From the NCBI GenBank assembly GCA_007376385.1, contig VMGC01000001.1, positions 160,001 through 224,000 on the forward strand: a stretch of 64,000 bases of DNA. Reading direction: 5' to 3'. Position numbers and translations under genes: made by a program. Shown one piece after another: positions 53,633 to 62,787 of the stretch (its first letter is position 1; the number at the start of each line of letters is the position of its first letter). The stretch is from Parcubacteria group bacterium Gr01-1014_8. Its GTDB lineage: Bacteria > Patescibacteriota > Minisyncoccia > Phycocordibacterales > UBA2100. Below the pieces are notes generated by a model. The model was not told the DNA's origin. It searched no databases and saw only the letters and a program-made list of their open reading frames with translations.

Positions 53633-54494
53633 GCATAGTGGCAGGCAACGGAGCAAACATCAGGACTCGCAACTTATAGAATCCATGACAAACGCATTTT
53701 TCGGACGACCCAGAGAGCCAGACAGAGCGGAACAACCGCTTTCGCATGAAGACATGGTGCGCATTGCCTCGCAGTTGCATCATGATGCAATATTATCCCC
53801 GAAGAGATTTGATGACGCTGCCGATGCACGACTGCGAGTCGTCAAAGCATTTGCGAATCTCGCAATACAAACGAAGGAGTATCTCAACACGTCGTGCGAT
53901 ACCCTGATCATCGACCAAAAGAGCGGCAATTTGCCGGGTCTGTTCTTCAAGCAATTGACGGCAGATATCTACCGCAATACGGGTAAGGTCGCACCTGCTA
54001 TCCACGACATCGTTGCAAGTCTTCGTCTTCCGGATCGCGTCAATGTTCTTGAAACATACTTTCGAGACGCTTTTGAGAATCAATTGATCGGCGACCACAT
54101 TCTCATCGTCACTGAACACGCAATATCTCGAAGTAGTGCGGGTCTCGTAACGTTTGCCGATATGATTAAGCGGATTGGCGCAGAGTTTGGGAAAGAGCCC
54201 GAGATCCGCTTTGCCGCGGTTTCAGTTGGCAGAGAATTCCCGACACGTGCGCAGCGGGCGGACAAGGGGCTTGAAAATTTGTATCAATGGTACGCCGGTG
54301 AACTTGGATACTCCATCGGCTCAATGGCGTTCCACCGGGCAAATGTAAATGATCTTGCGTATATGGAAGGAAGCGCTCGTCCTCGGATAGTACCTTCTTC
54401 GGAAGCGGGTCCGGATGCCGAGGCCGCAAAAGCCGACATGATCATGCTCGCCCGTGAACTCGCTCCGCTTGTCCTTGGTAAAAAATCAACGTAA
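53604..54494 (+). CDS. hypothetical protein (start uncertain)
   Basis: 296-aa ORF. It contains a segment DHILIVTEHAISRSSAGL weakly reminiscent of a phosphoribosyltransferase PRPP loop. Not assigned to a family. Confidence 0.4.
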   Translation: MIRINASLAEHSGRQRSKHQDSQLIESMTNAFFGRPREPDRAEQPLSHEDMVRIASQLHHDAILSPKRFDDAADARLRVVKAFANLAIQTKEYLNTSCDTLIIDQKSGNLPGLFFKQLTADIYRNTGKVAPAIHDIVASLRLPDRVNVLETYFRDAFENQLIGDHILIVTEHAISRSSAGLVTFADMIKRIGAEFGKEPEIRFAAVSVGREFPTRAQRADKGLENLYQWYAGELGYSIGSMAFHRANVNDLAYMEGSARPRIVPSSEAGPDAEAAKADMIMLARELAPLVLGKKST

Positions 54495-54503
54495 GGTAGG
54501 CAA

Positions 54504-55247
54504 ATGGCGGCCAGAATTCTCGTCATACAATTCCGCTTAAGAGATCAGGCGCGCGCGGAGCAGCAGCCCTTAGAGCGCGTGCTCGGAAGCGAAAAATGCT
54601 CACTGGTTTTTAAGAACGCTTTTGTGGAAGGTATCGATTGGAGTCGCCCGGAACGTGAATTGCATGGATTCGATGCGGTCATTTTGTCAGGCTCCGGCGA
54701 CCTTTATTTTGATGGCGGTTATGCCGAGACTCACCACGGTCGGATAATTACCAGCAGGCTCGCGGAAAACGCAAAACCGTTTGCTCAATACCTCATAGAA
54801 AACAATATTCCGACCCTCGGCATCTGTTTTGGCCATCAACTGCTCGGGTATGCGGCAGGTGTGAATGTCGGCCATTCACGAATTGAGAGTAAGACAGGCA
54901 CCTACGGGGTACGGTTGACGGACATAGGAAGAACAGATCCCCTCATGAAAGACATCTCAGACCGTTTTGCAGCTCATTACGGGCATAAAGACGTACTCTT
55001 TGATCTTCCGCCCGGTGCGGTGGTGCTTGCTCATGGGGAAGACAAATGCCGCTATTCAGCTCTTCGATACGCTCCGCGCGTCTACAGCGTGCAATTTCAT
55101 CCAGAACTTTCGCGAAAGGAGATCGAGAACATCATGAGGAAATATCCCGAATATATGCCTGACGATAAGGATTGTGATGAGTTGTTCGAAGATACGGAAG
55201 AAGCCGAGCATATTTTGAAGAATTTCGTTCGTGTAGCGACACGCTAG
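54504..55247 (+). CDS. class-I glutamine amidotransferase-like protein (GATase1/peptidase C26-like), stand-alone
   Basis: GICFGHQLL (GxCxGxQ) and VQFHPE motifs; 247 aa. Confidence 0.7.
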   Translation: MAARILVIQFRLRDQARAEQQPLERVLGSEKCSLVFKNAFVEGIDWSRPERELHGFDAVILSGSGDLYFDGGYAETHHGRIITSRLAENAKPFAQYLIENNIPTLGICFGHQLLGYAAGVNVGHSRIESKTGTYGVRLTDIGRTDPLMKDISDRFAAHYGHKDVLFDLPPGAVVLAHGEDKCRYSALRYAPRVYSVQFHPELSRKEIENIMRKYPEYMPDDKDCDELFEDTEEAEHILKNFVRVATR

Positions 55248-55289
55248 CGGCGCTTTTGGCTGTGGCGTCTCTGCGCTACAATTGCCACC

Positions 55290-56075
55290 ATGACCTGGGC
55301 GTCCCGCCGTCGAACCATCTACGCCTCTGGCGTTACGCTGTTTTTTCTTATCGTACTCGGCGTTCCTCTCGCGATATGGTGGTACCAGCCCGCGAATTGT
55401 ACGGATGGAGAAATGAATGGAGCAGAGACCGATGTCGACCGCGGAGGCAATTGCCCGCTTCTCGATGAACGGACGCTCATCCCGCATGCTATCCAGTGGG
55501 CGAGGGCGTTTCCGGTTCGTGATGGGACGTGGAGCGCAGTTGCGTATGTCGAGAATCCTAACGACCAAGGCGGCGTCGCCGCAGTGCCGTATCGGTTCAA
55601 GCTCTATGACGACCGCAATATCATCGTTGCAGAACGCGAAGGCACGACCTACATTATGCCGGGAGCAGTGACCCCAATTTATGAAGGCGGCATTTCGACA
55701 GGGAACCGTTCTGTGGCCCGCGCATATTTTGAATTTGCGGCGCCGTTGGTGTGGGAGAGGATGTCAGACCGGTCTCGCGCAGTCGATGTCACCGGTAAGG
55801 CGGTTTCTGATGCCGACTCAATGCCGCGCGTGACTGCGTTCGCCGAAAATACCGAAGTATCAGATGCAAAGAATGTTGAATTCGTGTCGGTCATTTTCGA
55901 TCCGGCGGGCAACGCTATCGCGGCTTCCAGCACTGTCCTCCCCCTCCTAAAAGCGGGGGAGAGGGCGAATCTTGTCTTTACCTGGCCTGATCCGTACATT
56001 CGCGCAGTCGGTCGTGTTGATGTCATTCCGTTGCGCGCCCCTGTATTGAATACCGCGAACAATAGCTTCTTCTAG
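55290..56075 (+). CDS. hypothetical membrane-anchored protein
   Basis: N-terminal TM segment VTLFFLIVLGVPLAIWWY followed by a soluble domain. It lies immediately upstream of the SEDS gene. Confidence 0.5.
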   Translation: MTWASRRRTIYASGVTLFFLIVLGVPLAIWWYQPANCTDGEMNGAETDVDRGGNCPLLDERTLIPHAIQWARAFPVRDGTWSAVAYVENPNDQGGVAAVPYRFKLYDDRNIIVAEREGTTYIMPGAVTPIYEGGISTGNRSVARAYFEFAAPLVWERMSDRSRAVDVTGKAVSDADSMPRVTAFAENTEVSDAKNVEFVSVIFDPAGNAIAASSTVLPLLKAGERANLVFTWPDPYIRAVGRVDVIPLRAPVLNTANNSFF

Positions 56076-56077
56076 CC

Positions 56078-57232
56078 ATGATAGAAATGTTGAGAACGGG
56101 AGGTCGAGAGTATTCCCGGTGGTTTTCCCACATTGATTGGTTCCTGTTCGCCTCCGCACTCGCGATATCGCTCCTAGGCCTCATCACGATGAGGCCCTTT
56201 GCCGCAGACCCCGGCGCCTTTTTTGACCGGCAGATGTTCTGGATAGCTATCGCATGCGCGGTATTTTTTATAGCGAGTATTCCTGAATACAGTATGTTGC
56301 GGCGCTCGCGCTTCGTTGTCGTTCTCTATGCGTTCATCGTAACCTTGCTTGCATTCGTGTTCGTATTTGGCGCGGTGGTAAAAGGCGCCCAGCAGCGATT
56401 CGATCTAGGGTTCATCTCGTTCCAGCCCTCTGATCCTGCAAAGTTAGTTCTCATCATCGTCCTTGCAAAATATTTTGCGCGTCGTCATGTTGAGATCGGG
56501 CACATCCGGCATATATTGGTTTCAGGAGTTTACGCTTTTCTTCTCTGCATCATGGTCTTCTTGCAGCCGGACTTTGGCGGAGCCATCATCATTGCGTCAA
56601 TCTGGCTCGGCATGGTGTTGGTCGCCGGCATTTCGTGGCGGCATCTTGCGACACTCATCATTACAGGACTCGTGTGTGCGGGTGCTCTGTGGCAGTACGC
56701 GCTCGAGGATTATCAAAAAGATCGCATCCTCACGTTCATTCATCCCCTCGCAGATATACAGGGGGCTGGCTACAACGCGTACCAAGCGACCATTGCTGTT
56801 GGTTCTGGTGAGTGGATAGGCAAGGGTATCGGACAAGGAAGTCAGTCGAAGCTGCGGTTTCTCCCTGAATATCAGACAGATTTTATTTTCGCAGCGTATG
56901 CAGAGGAGTGGGGATTCGTTGGGGTAGTACTCCTGTTCGGCCTGTACGCGGTCCTTATTTTGCGCACGCTCGCGAGCGCGCTCCATGCGTCGGATAATTT
57001 CACAACGCTTCTTGGAGTCGGCATAGCTATCATGTTCACAACCAACTTTCTCGTTCACGTCGGTATGAACATCGGCCTTCTACCTGTTACGGGAACGACA
57101 ACTCCGTTCATGAGCTACGGCGGCTCGCATTTGCTTACGGAATTCGCTGCTATAGGCATCTTGATGGGACTTAGAAAACACACGCGTCCTGCGGCGCGAG
57201 CGAGAACTCAATCACTCATTGAGGAAGTCTGA
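56078..57232 (+). CDS. SEDS-family peptidoglycan glycosyltransferase (FtsW/RodA)
   Basis: 10-TM protein with the conserved C-terminal ...TGTTTPFMSYGGSHLL... motif. Confidence 0.85.
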   Translation: MIEMLRTGGREYSRWFSHIDWFLFASALAISLLGLITMRPFAADPGAFFDRQMFWIAIACAVFFIASIPEYSMLRRSRFVVVLYAFIVTLLAFVFVFGAVVKGAQQRFDLGFISFQPSDPAKLVLIIVLAKYFARRHVEIGHIRHILVSGVYAFLLCIMVFLQPDFGGAIIIASIWLGMVLVAGISWRHLATLIITGLVCAGALWQYALEDYQKDRILTFIHPLADIQGAGYNAYQATIAVGSGEWIGKGIGQGSQSKLRFLPEYQTDFIFAAYAEEWGFVGVVLLFGLYAVLILRTLASALHASDNFTTLLGVGIAIMFTTNFLVHVGMNIGLLPVTGTTTPFMSYGGSHLLTEFAAIGILMGLRKHTRPAARARTQSLIEEV

Positions 57233-57235
57233 TTT

Positions 57236-58381
57236 CTAACGGCCAGTGCTTGCGTTATAGACAGCAAGCGTATTCCGTATCATTGCCGCGAGTGAGAATT
57301 TTTCTGTAACACGAGTCCTTAGCGCAGAGCCGAGTCGCTCTCTCGCAGCCTGGTTCGCATACAAGAACACAAGCGCATCACACAGAGCGCGCGCATCAGA
57401 CACTGGGGTCAGTATGCCTGTTTGCGACGAGATTATTTCAGCAATGCCGCCTGTATCGCTTGCGATGACAGGCACTCCTGCGCTGCCTGCTTCGAGGATA
57501 GCGTAATTGAGACCTTCAGAGAGAGAAGGGAGAAGGAATACATCGAATGCCTTCAGGGATTCAGATGCATCAGCGACAAAGTCTGTGAGATGTACTCGAT
57601 CAGAAAGATCCATGCTTCGTATTTGTTGTTCTAAGCGTCTCTTTTCAGCGCCGCCGCCGATCATTAAATATCTTGCGTCGGGATGGTCTTTTGAGAATTT
57701 ATGAAACGCCTCGATACCGAAGGAAAGCCCTTTCACCGGATGAAGTTCCGCAATGGTGCCTATCCAAAATTCGTTTTGTTCTTTGGGACAGTGTGCAATG
57801 GTTGCAAGGTGCTGCCGTGCTTCCTCTCGGGATTTGAACAAAATAGAGGGAATGCCATTGTGCACGACAGTTATTTTGCTCTGTAATGATGGTCCTATCT
57901 GCTCCTTGACCCTTTCCGAGACTGCGATCGTTGTATGGGAGAGCATGACCGTTAATTTTGCCAAGAGCCGAATAAAGATTCGGGAGGTCCCTGGGCGAGG
58001 TGCATTGAACTCCCATGCGTGAGCAGTAAAGATGATGTGGGGAACGCCGGCCAATCGTGCCGCGATTGCCCCGATGCCGCCCATCTTAGAACTATTTGTA
58101 TGCAATATCTGAGGGCGTTCCCGCCGGAGCAGGCGGTAAAAATCGAGAAAGGATCTGAGGTCCCCAAAAATACTGACATTTCGGACCAGGGATTCGAGAG
58201 AAATGGTTCGTATTCCGGCATTGTGGAGCTTGTCCATCAGTATCCCGCGTCCGCCAGCAACGACGACTGTCTCGTATGAATCTTTAGGAAGCGATGTCGC
58301 AAGGTCGTATACATATCGCTGCGCCCCGCCATAATTCGACTGCGTTATGGCAAGCATTATTTTTATAGTTTTTCCTTGCAC
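57236..58381 (-). CDS. glycosyltransferase family 4 (GT-B, retaining)
   Basis: N-terminal GG-type motif ...YGGAQRYVYDLA... and a C-terminal EX7E-like region (LLPSLSEGLNYAILEAGSAGVPVIASDTGG). Confidence 0.85.
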   Translation of the reverse strand: MQGKTIKIMLAITQSNYGGAQRYVYDLATSLPKDSYETVVVAGGRGILMDKLHNAGIRTISLESLVRNVSIFGDLRSFLDFYRLLRRERPQILHTNSSKMGGIGAIAARLAGVPHIIFTAHAWEFNAPRPGTSRIFIRLLAKLTVMLSHTTIAVSERVKEQIGPSLQSKITVVHNGIPSILFKSREEARQHLATIAHCPKEQNEFWIGTIAELHPVKGLSFGIEAFHKFSKDHPDARYLMIGGGAEKRRLEQQIRSMDLSDRVHLTDFVADASESLKAFDVFLLPSLSEGLNYAILEAGSAGVPVIASDTGGIAEIISSQTGILTPVSDARALCDALVFLYANQAARERLGSALRTRVTEKFSLAAMIRNTLAVYNASTGR

Positions 58382-58458
58382 ATAGCCATAATAGCTCTCT
58401 TTGGCAATCGAGAGAACTGTGGCTAAAAGTCGCGATTCCTGCTATACATTCCGAATAT

Positions 58459-59826
58459 ATGAGCTCGGTACGTATTCGAGAGCTCCTCATGCTGTTCTTG
58501 GGGGATCTGATTTTTCTTGTTCTCGCATTGTGGGTGACGCTCGCTGTGCGCTATTTTGAGATTCCTTCGCGGCCGCTTCTCGAAAGTCACCTCATCCCAT
58601 TCTCGCTCCTTTTCGTTGTCTGGCTCCTTTTATTTTTTATGGCAGGTCTCTATGACCAACACACGATGATATTCCGCGCGAAATTACCGGAGCGGATCTT
58701 GCGCGCGCAAGTCTTGAACATCATCATAGCTGGCCTCTTTTTCTTTTTTGTCCCTATCTTTGAGATAGCCCCGAAGAGAAATCTTCTTATTTATCTTGTT
58801 GTCTCCCTGGTTCTCATTGTGTACTGGCGTCTCGAGCTTTTCCCGCATTTTTTGTCGAGAAAGCGCGAAGACTCGCTTCTTATCGGTGGAGGGAGCGAGT
58901 TAAAGGAGTTGATGGAGGAAGTGAATAACAACGACCGGTACCCATTCATATTCAAAGAAAGTATTTCTGTCGATCATATGGACGGAGGAGCGCTTTCGAA
59001 CAAGGTTTTTGCGCTCCTGAGGGACGAAAAGATCAGCATGGTGGCAGTCGATCTGAAGCATCGAAAATTGGCCAACATTTTACCGCATTTGTACAAGCCT
59101 CTCTTTTCGAACACTAAATTCGTCGACTTGCGCGACTTGTATGCTGAGATTTTCGAGCGTCTTCCGCTCTCGATGCTTACGGATGCCGAATCCATTCAAC
59201 ACTCTGCCAACGGAACGCCGCACTTTGTGTATGCATCATTCAAGCGGATGATGGATATTTCCGGAGGCCTCATCATGGGTTTTATCGCCATGATTCTCGT
59301 GCCCGCAGTCTGGCTCGCGCAAAGATTCGAAGGCGATGGTCCTCTTTTTATCGCGCAGCAACGTCTCGGAATGAACGGAACAAAGATGACATCGTACAAA
59401 TTCCGAACGATGCGTCTCAATGATCCATCGAGTGCATCGTGGGTGCACGAAGGGGAGAATACAGTTACACGTGTTGGCTCCTTTTTACGGCGCACGAGCT
59501 TGGATGAATTTCCACAATTCATAAATATTCTGAAGGGCGAAATGTCTCTCATTGGACCGCGCAATGATATTGAGGGCTTGGGCAAACGACTTTCGGAAGC
59601 TATCCCTTTTTATGATTTTAGATACATCGTGAAGCCGGGACTCACTGGGTGGGCCCAAATAAACCAGAAGTATGAGCAGGGGAACATTTCCCCGCAATCG
59701 ATCGAAGAGACAAAAGTGCGTCTCGCGTATGATTTCTATTACATAAAAAATCGCTCGATAATGCTTGATATCATCATTGCTCTGAAGACCGTGAAGCGCA
59801 TGGTATTCCGGGTCAGTTCTTGGTAA
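58459..59826 (+). CDS. polyprenyl-phosphate hexose-1-phosphate transferase (bacterial sugar transferase, WbaP/WcaJ-like)
   Basis: N-terminal TM segments and the C-terminal catalytic domain ...DEFPQFINILKGEMSLIGPRN.... Confidence 0.85.
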   Translation: MSSVRIRELLMLFLGDLIFLVLALWVTLAVRYFEIPSRPLLESHLIPFSLLFVVWLLLFFMAGLYDQHTMIFRAKLPERILRAQVLNIIIAGLFFFFVPIFEIAPKRNLLIYLVVSLVLIVYWRLELFPHFLSRKREDSLLIGGGSELKELMEEVNNNDRYPFIFKESISVDHMDGGALSNKVFALLRDEKISMVAVDLKHRKLANILPHLYKPLFSNTKFVDLRDLYAEIFERLPLSMLTDAESIQHSANGTPHFVYASFKRMMDISGGLIMGFIAMILVPAVWLAQRFEGDGPLFIAQQRLGMNGTKMTSYKFRTMRLNDPSSASWVHEGENTVTRVGSFLRRTSLDEFPQFINILKGEMSLIGPRNDIEGLGKRLSEAIPFYDFRYIVKPGLTGWAQINQKYEQGNISPQSIEETKVRLAYDFYYIKNRSIMLDIIIALKTVKRMVFRVSSW

Positions 59827-59835
59827 AGTACGCAA

Positions 59836-60912
59836 ATGAGCCACAAAATCCTCATTACTGGCGCCGCCGGCTATGTCGGTTTTATGCTAGTAGAGCAATT
59901 TTCGAAGCGCTCCGATGTGGAGAAAATAATCGCACTTGATAAAGAGGTAATGCCCGAATCCTTCAAGAAAGACCCGAAAATTCTTTACATTCAGGCGAAT
60001 ACAAGTGATGAGTGGGAGGCAAAAGTCGCACAACAGGCGCCTGACATCATTGTCCATGCCGCATGGCATATCCGCGACATCTACGGCAATAGTTCGAAGC
60101 AGTGGAAGTGGAATATCGCTGGTTCAGACAAGGTATTCGATTTTGCCTTCTCGCAACATTCTGTGCAAAGGCTCGTCTATTTTTCGACGGTTGCATCCTA
60201 TGCGCCGTATCCGGAGAATGAAATATCCCACGTGTTCACGGAAGAATCGCCATTTCGTTCGAGCGATTATCGCTACGCAGAAGAAAAACGCATAAGCGAA
60301 ATGCATTTGGAAGAAAAATATAAGGTTGCTACTGCAAAAAGAAAAGACATTTCTGTGTTTGTCGTTCGTCCTGCAGCCATATCCGGACCGCGCGGACGTT
60401 TTTCAAGGATTCGATTTGGCTTGCAATCGGCGCTCTCGGGTCAGCTTTCAGGTTCTTTCGTGTACAGAATCGTGACGCTTCTTACGTCGTTCGTGCCTGC
60501 GACGCCAAAATGGGCCAGGCAGTTCGTGCACGAAGATGACGTCGTTGATATTGTCGAGCTTCTCGCGTTTGACGCACCGCAATCAGGATATGATGTATTC
60601 AATCTCTGCCCGCCTGGAGAGCCGGTCTTGGCGAAAGACATGGCGCAGGCGGTTGGGAAGCGCATCCTGCCAATGCACCCCCTGCTCATTCGTTTTGCTT
60701 TTTTCCTCATGTGGCATCTTTCCCTTGGAAAGATCCCGACGACGAGGGGCGCATGGAAAGGATACTCGTATCCGATAATTGTTGATGGGAGCAAGATAAC
60801 GAAAAAGTATGGATACACCTATCGTATGGCTTCTAAAGATGCGTTCGTCTACACTGATGGCAGGTATGAGGGTGCCATACCTCGCATGTACTTGAAAAGA
60901 AAAACAGCATGA
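59836..60912 (+). CDS. NAD-dependent epimerase/dehydratase (extended SDR)
   Basis: Rossmann motif ITGAAGYVG and a YxxxK-type catalytic region; 358 aa. Confidence 0.75.
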   Translation: MSHKILITGAAGYVGFMLVEQFSKRSDVEKIIALDKEVMPESFKKDPKILYIQANTSDEWEAKVAQQAPDIIVHAAWHIRDIYGNSSKQWKWNIAGSDKVFDFAFSQHSVQRLVYFSTVASYAPYPENEISHVFTEESPFRSSDYRYAEEKRISEMHLEEKYKVATAKRKDISVFVVRPAAISGPRGRFSRIRFGLQSALSGQLSGSFVYRIVTLLTSFVPATPKWARQFVHEDDVVDIVELLAFDAPQSGYDVFNLCPPGEPVLAKDMAQAVGKRILPMHPLLIRFAFFLMWHLSLGKIPTTRGAWKGYSYPIIVDGSKITKKYGYTYRMASKDAFVYTDGRYEGAIPRMYLKRKTA

Positions 60913-61862
60913 AGATACTTGTTACCGGTGCAGCAGGATTTATTGGTTCTCACTTGGCGGAGCGGTTGGTGAAGGACGGGCATATCGTAATAGCTCTTGA
61001 TTGCTTCACTGATTACTACGATGTGCGCATTAAAGAGATAAATGCAGGAGAAGTCCAAAGTGCAGGAGCGAAATTCTTGAAATTAGACCTCGCGGAGGAC
61101 GATCTCGTTGGTGCGGTCAGCGGCGTGGAGGCGATATTTCACTGTGCGGCACAACCGGGTATCTCTTCGTCAACGCCATTTGAATCGTATGTGCGAAACA
61201 ATATTGTCGCGACAGAGCGTTTGCTTCTCGCCGCGGAAAAAGAGCCGTCACTAAAAGTGTTCATTAACTTTGCGACCTCATCGGTCTATGGTGTGCACGC
61301 AAATGGCAATGAGACGATGGAGCCAAGGCCTGCATCATATTACGGCGTTACCAAGCTTGCTGCAGAACAGCTGGTTCTTGCGAGGGCGAGGAGCCGGGGT
61401 TTTCCGGGAATTTCACTCCGTATCTTTTCTGTGTACGGGGAGCGCGAACGGCCGGAGAAGCTCTATCATAAATTGACGAAGGCGATACTTGAAGACACGC
61501 CATTTCCGCTTTTTGATGGTTCACGAGAACACGTGCGAAGTTTTACGTATGTCGGGGACATCGTTGAAGCGTGCACGCAGGTTCTTGCCGCATACGAAGC
61601 ATGCATCGGGGAGATCTTCAATGTGGGCAACGATACAACACATACTACCGACGAAGGAATCAATTTGATCGAAGGTTTAGTCGGTAAAAAAGCTACATTC
61701 GAGATGCAACCAGCACGACCTGGCGACCAACATGATACTGCCGCGAATATTGCGAAAGCACATGCTGCATTTGGGTTTGCTCCTAAAACTGACCTTCGTG
61801 AAGGATTGAAACGAGAGGTGGACTGGTACAGAGCCAAAATTTATGGCAAGCTTCGTCCTTAG
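60909..61862 (+). CDS. NAD-dependent nucleotide-sugar epimerase/dehydratase (UDP-glucose 4-epimerase/UDP-glucuronate decarboxylase-like)
   Basis: VTGAAGFIGSHL and YGVTKLAAE (the YxxxK motif). The start overlaps the previous stop. Confidence 0.85.
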   Translation: MKILVTGAAGFIGSHLAERLVKDGHIVIALDCFTDYYDVRIKEINAGEVQSAGAKFLKLDLAEDDLVGAVSGVEAIFHCAAQPGISSSTPFESYVRNNIVATERLLLAAEKEPSLKVFINFATSSVYGVHANGNETMEPRPASYYGVTKLAAEQLVLARARSRGFPGISLRIFSVYGERERPEKLYHKLTKAILEDTPFPLFDGSREHVRSFTYVGDIVEACTQVLAAYEACIGEIFNVGNDTTHTTDEGINLIEGLVGKKATFEMQPARPGDQHDTAANIAKAHAAFGFAPKTDLREGLKREVDWYRAKIYGKLRP

Positions 61863-61883
61863 AACCGCCTAAGTCTCTTATTA

Positions 61884-61970
61884 GCGACGTAGAGCGAGTG
61901 AAGTGAAAGTGTACTCATTTTCATTTCCGAGCCGAGGAGCTAACAAGGGTAGAATATCCTTTATTTTCAT
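61884..61970 (+). repeat. conserved ~88-bp element, copy B (immediately upstream of, and in frame with, folD)
   Basis: gcgacgtagagcgagtgaagtgaaagtgtactcattttcatttccgagccgaggagctaacaagggtagaatatcctttattttcat. See copy A at 48003-48090. Confidence 0.6.
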
Positions 61971-62787
61971 GATCGTAGACGGGAAATCGATCGCAGAGAC
62001 ACTCTATTCAAAGCTAGTCGACGAGCGCGCAGCGTTCAGTGGCCCAGTTTCGCTGGGCATTTTAGTAGGTGACAAGAATCCAGTCACCGCATCATACGTG
62101 CGCATAAAAGAGAAGGCGGCGGAACGTTTGAGCGTCACAATGGTGAGAAAAGAACTTCCTGTAGGTGCGACAACTAAGGATGCACTCTTTGCTATTGAAG
62201 AACTTGTCGGATCTGCTGATGGCGTTATCCCGCAATTGCCGATGGTAAGTATCGACGTGGATGCGGTACGCAATGCAATTCCGAAAGAGAAAGATGTTGA
62301 TGTCCTGTCCGATGAGGCGTTCAAAGCATTCGAAAAGGGAGATTGGCCTGCAATACCGCCAGTTCCCGCTGCGCTTACATACATTCTCCAGCAAAAAAAC
62401 GTGACGATAAAAGACGCGAATGTCGTTGTTGTTGGGAAAGGCAGGTTGGTTGGAAAGCCAGCCGAGATCTTGTTTGCTCAATTAGGAGGCCACGTGACAG
62501 CGTTGATGAAAGGCGACGATGTCGCATTATATACGAGGGAGGCTGATATTATTGTCTTAGGGGCAGGTTCCGCAGGGCTTCTGAAACCGAATATGGTTAA
62601 AAAGGGTGTTGCAGTCGTTGATGCTGGCACGAGCGAACTTGGCGGCAAGGTAGTGGGGGATGCTGATCCGAGCGTTGCAGAAGTAGCCGCCGTCTTTACA
62701 CCGGTGCCCGGCGGCGTTGGGCCTGTCGCCATTGCAGAGATATACAAAAATCTTTTTGCACTCAAACGAGCATATGGAAACAAATAA
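61969..62787 (+). CDS. folD: bifunctional methylenetetrahydrofolate dehydrogenase/cyclohydrolase
   Basis: MIVDGKSIAETLYSKLV..., a Rossmann segment, and ...TPVPGGVGPVAIAEIYKNL at the C-terminus. I chose the start at 61969; the ORF track begins at 61903, which would lie inside the repeat element. Confidence 0.85.
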   Translation: MIVDGKSIAETLYSKLVDERAAFSGPVSLGILVGDKNPVTASYVRIKEKAAERLSVTMVRKELPVGATTKDALFAIEELVGSADGVIPQLPMVSIDVDAVRNAIPKEKDVDVLSDEAFKAFEKGDWPAIPPVPAALTYILQQKNVTIKDANVVVVGKGRLVGKPAEILFAQLGGHVTALMKGDDVALYTREADIIVLGAGSAGLLKPNMVKKGVAVVDAGTSELGGKVVGDADPSVAEVAAVFTPVPGGVGPVAIAEIYKNLFALKRAYGNK

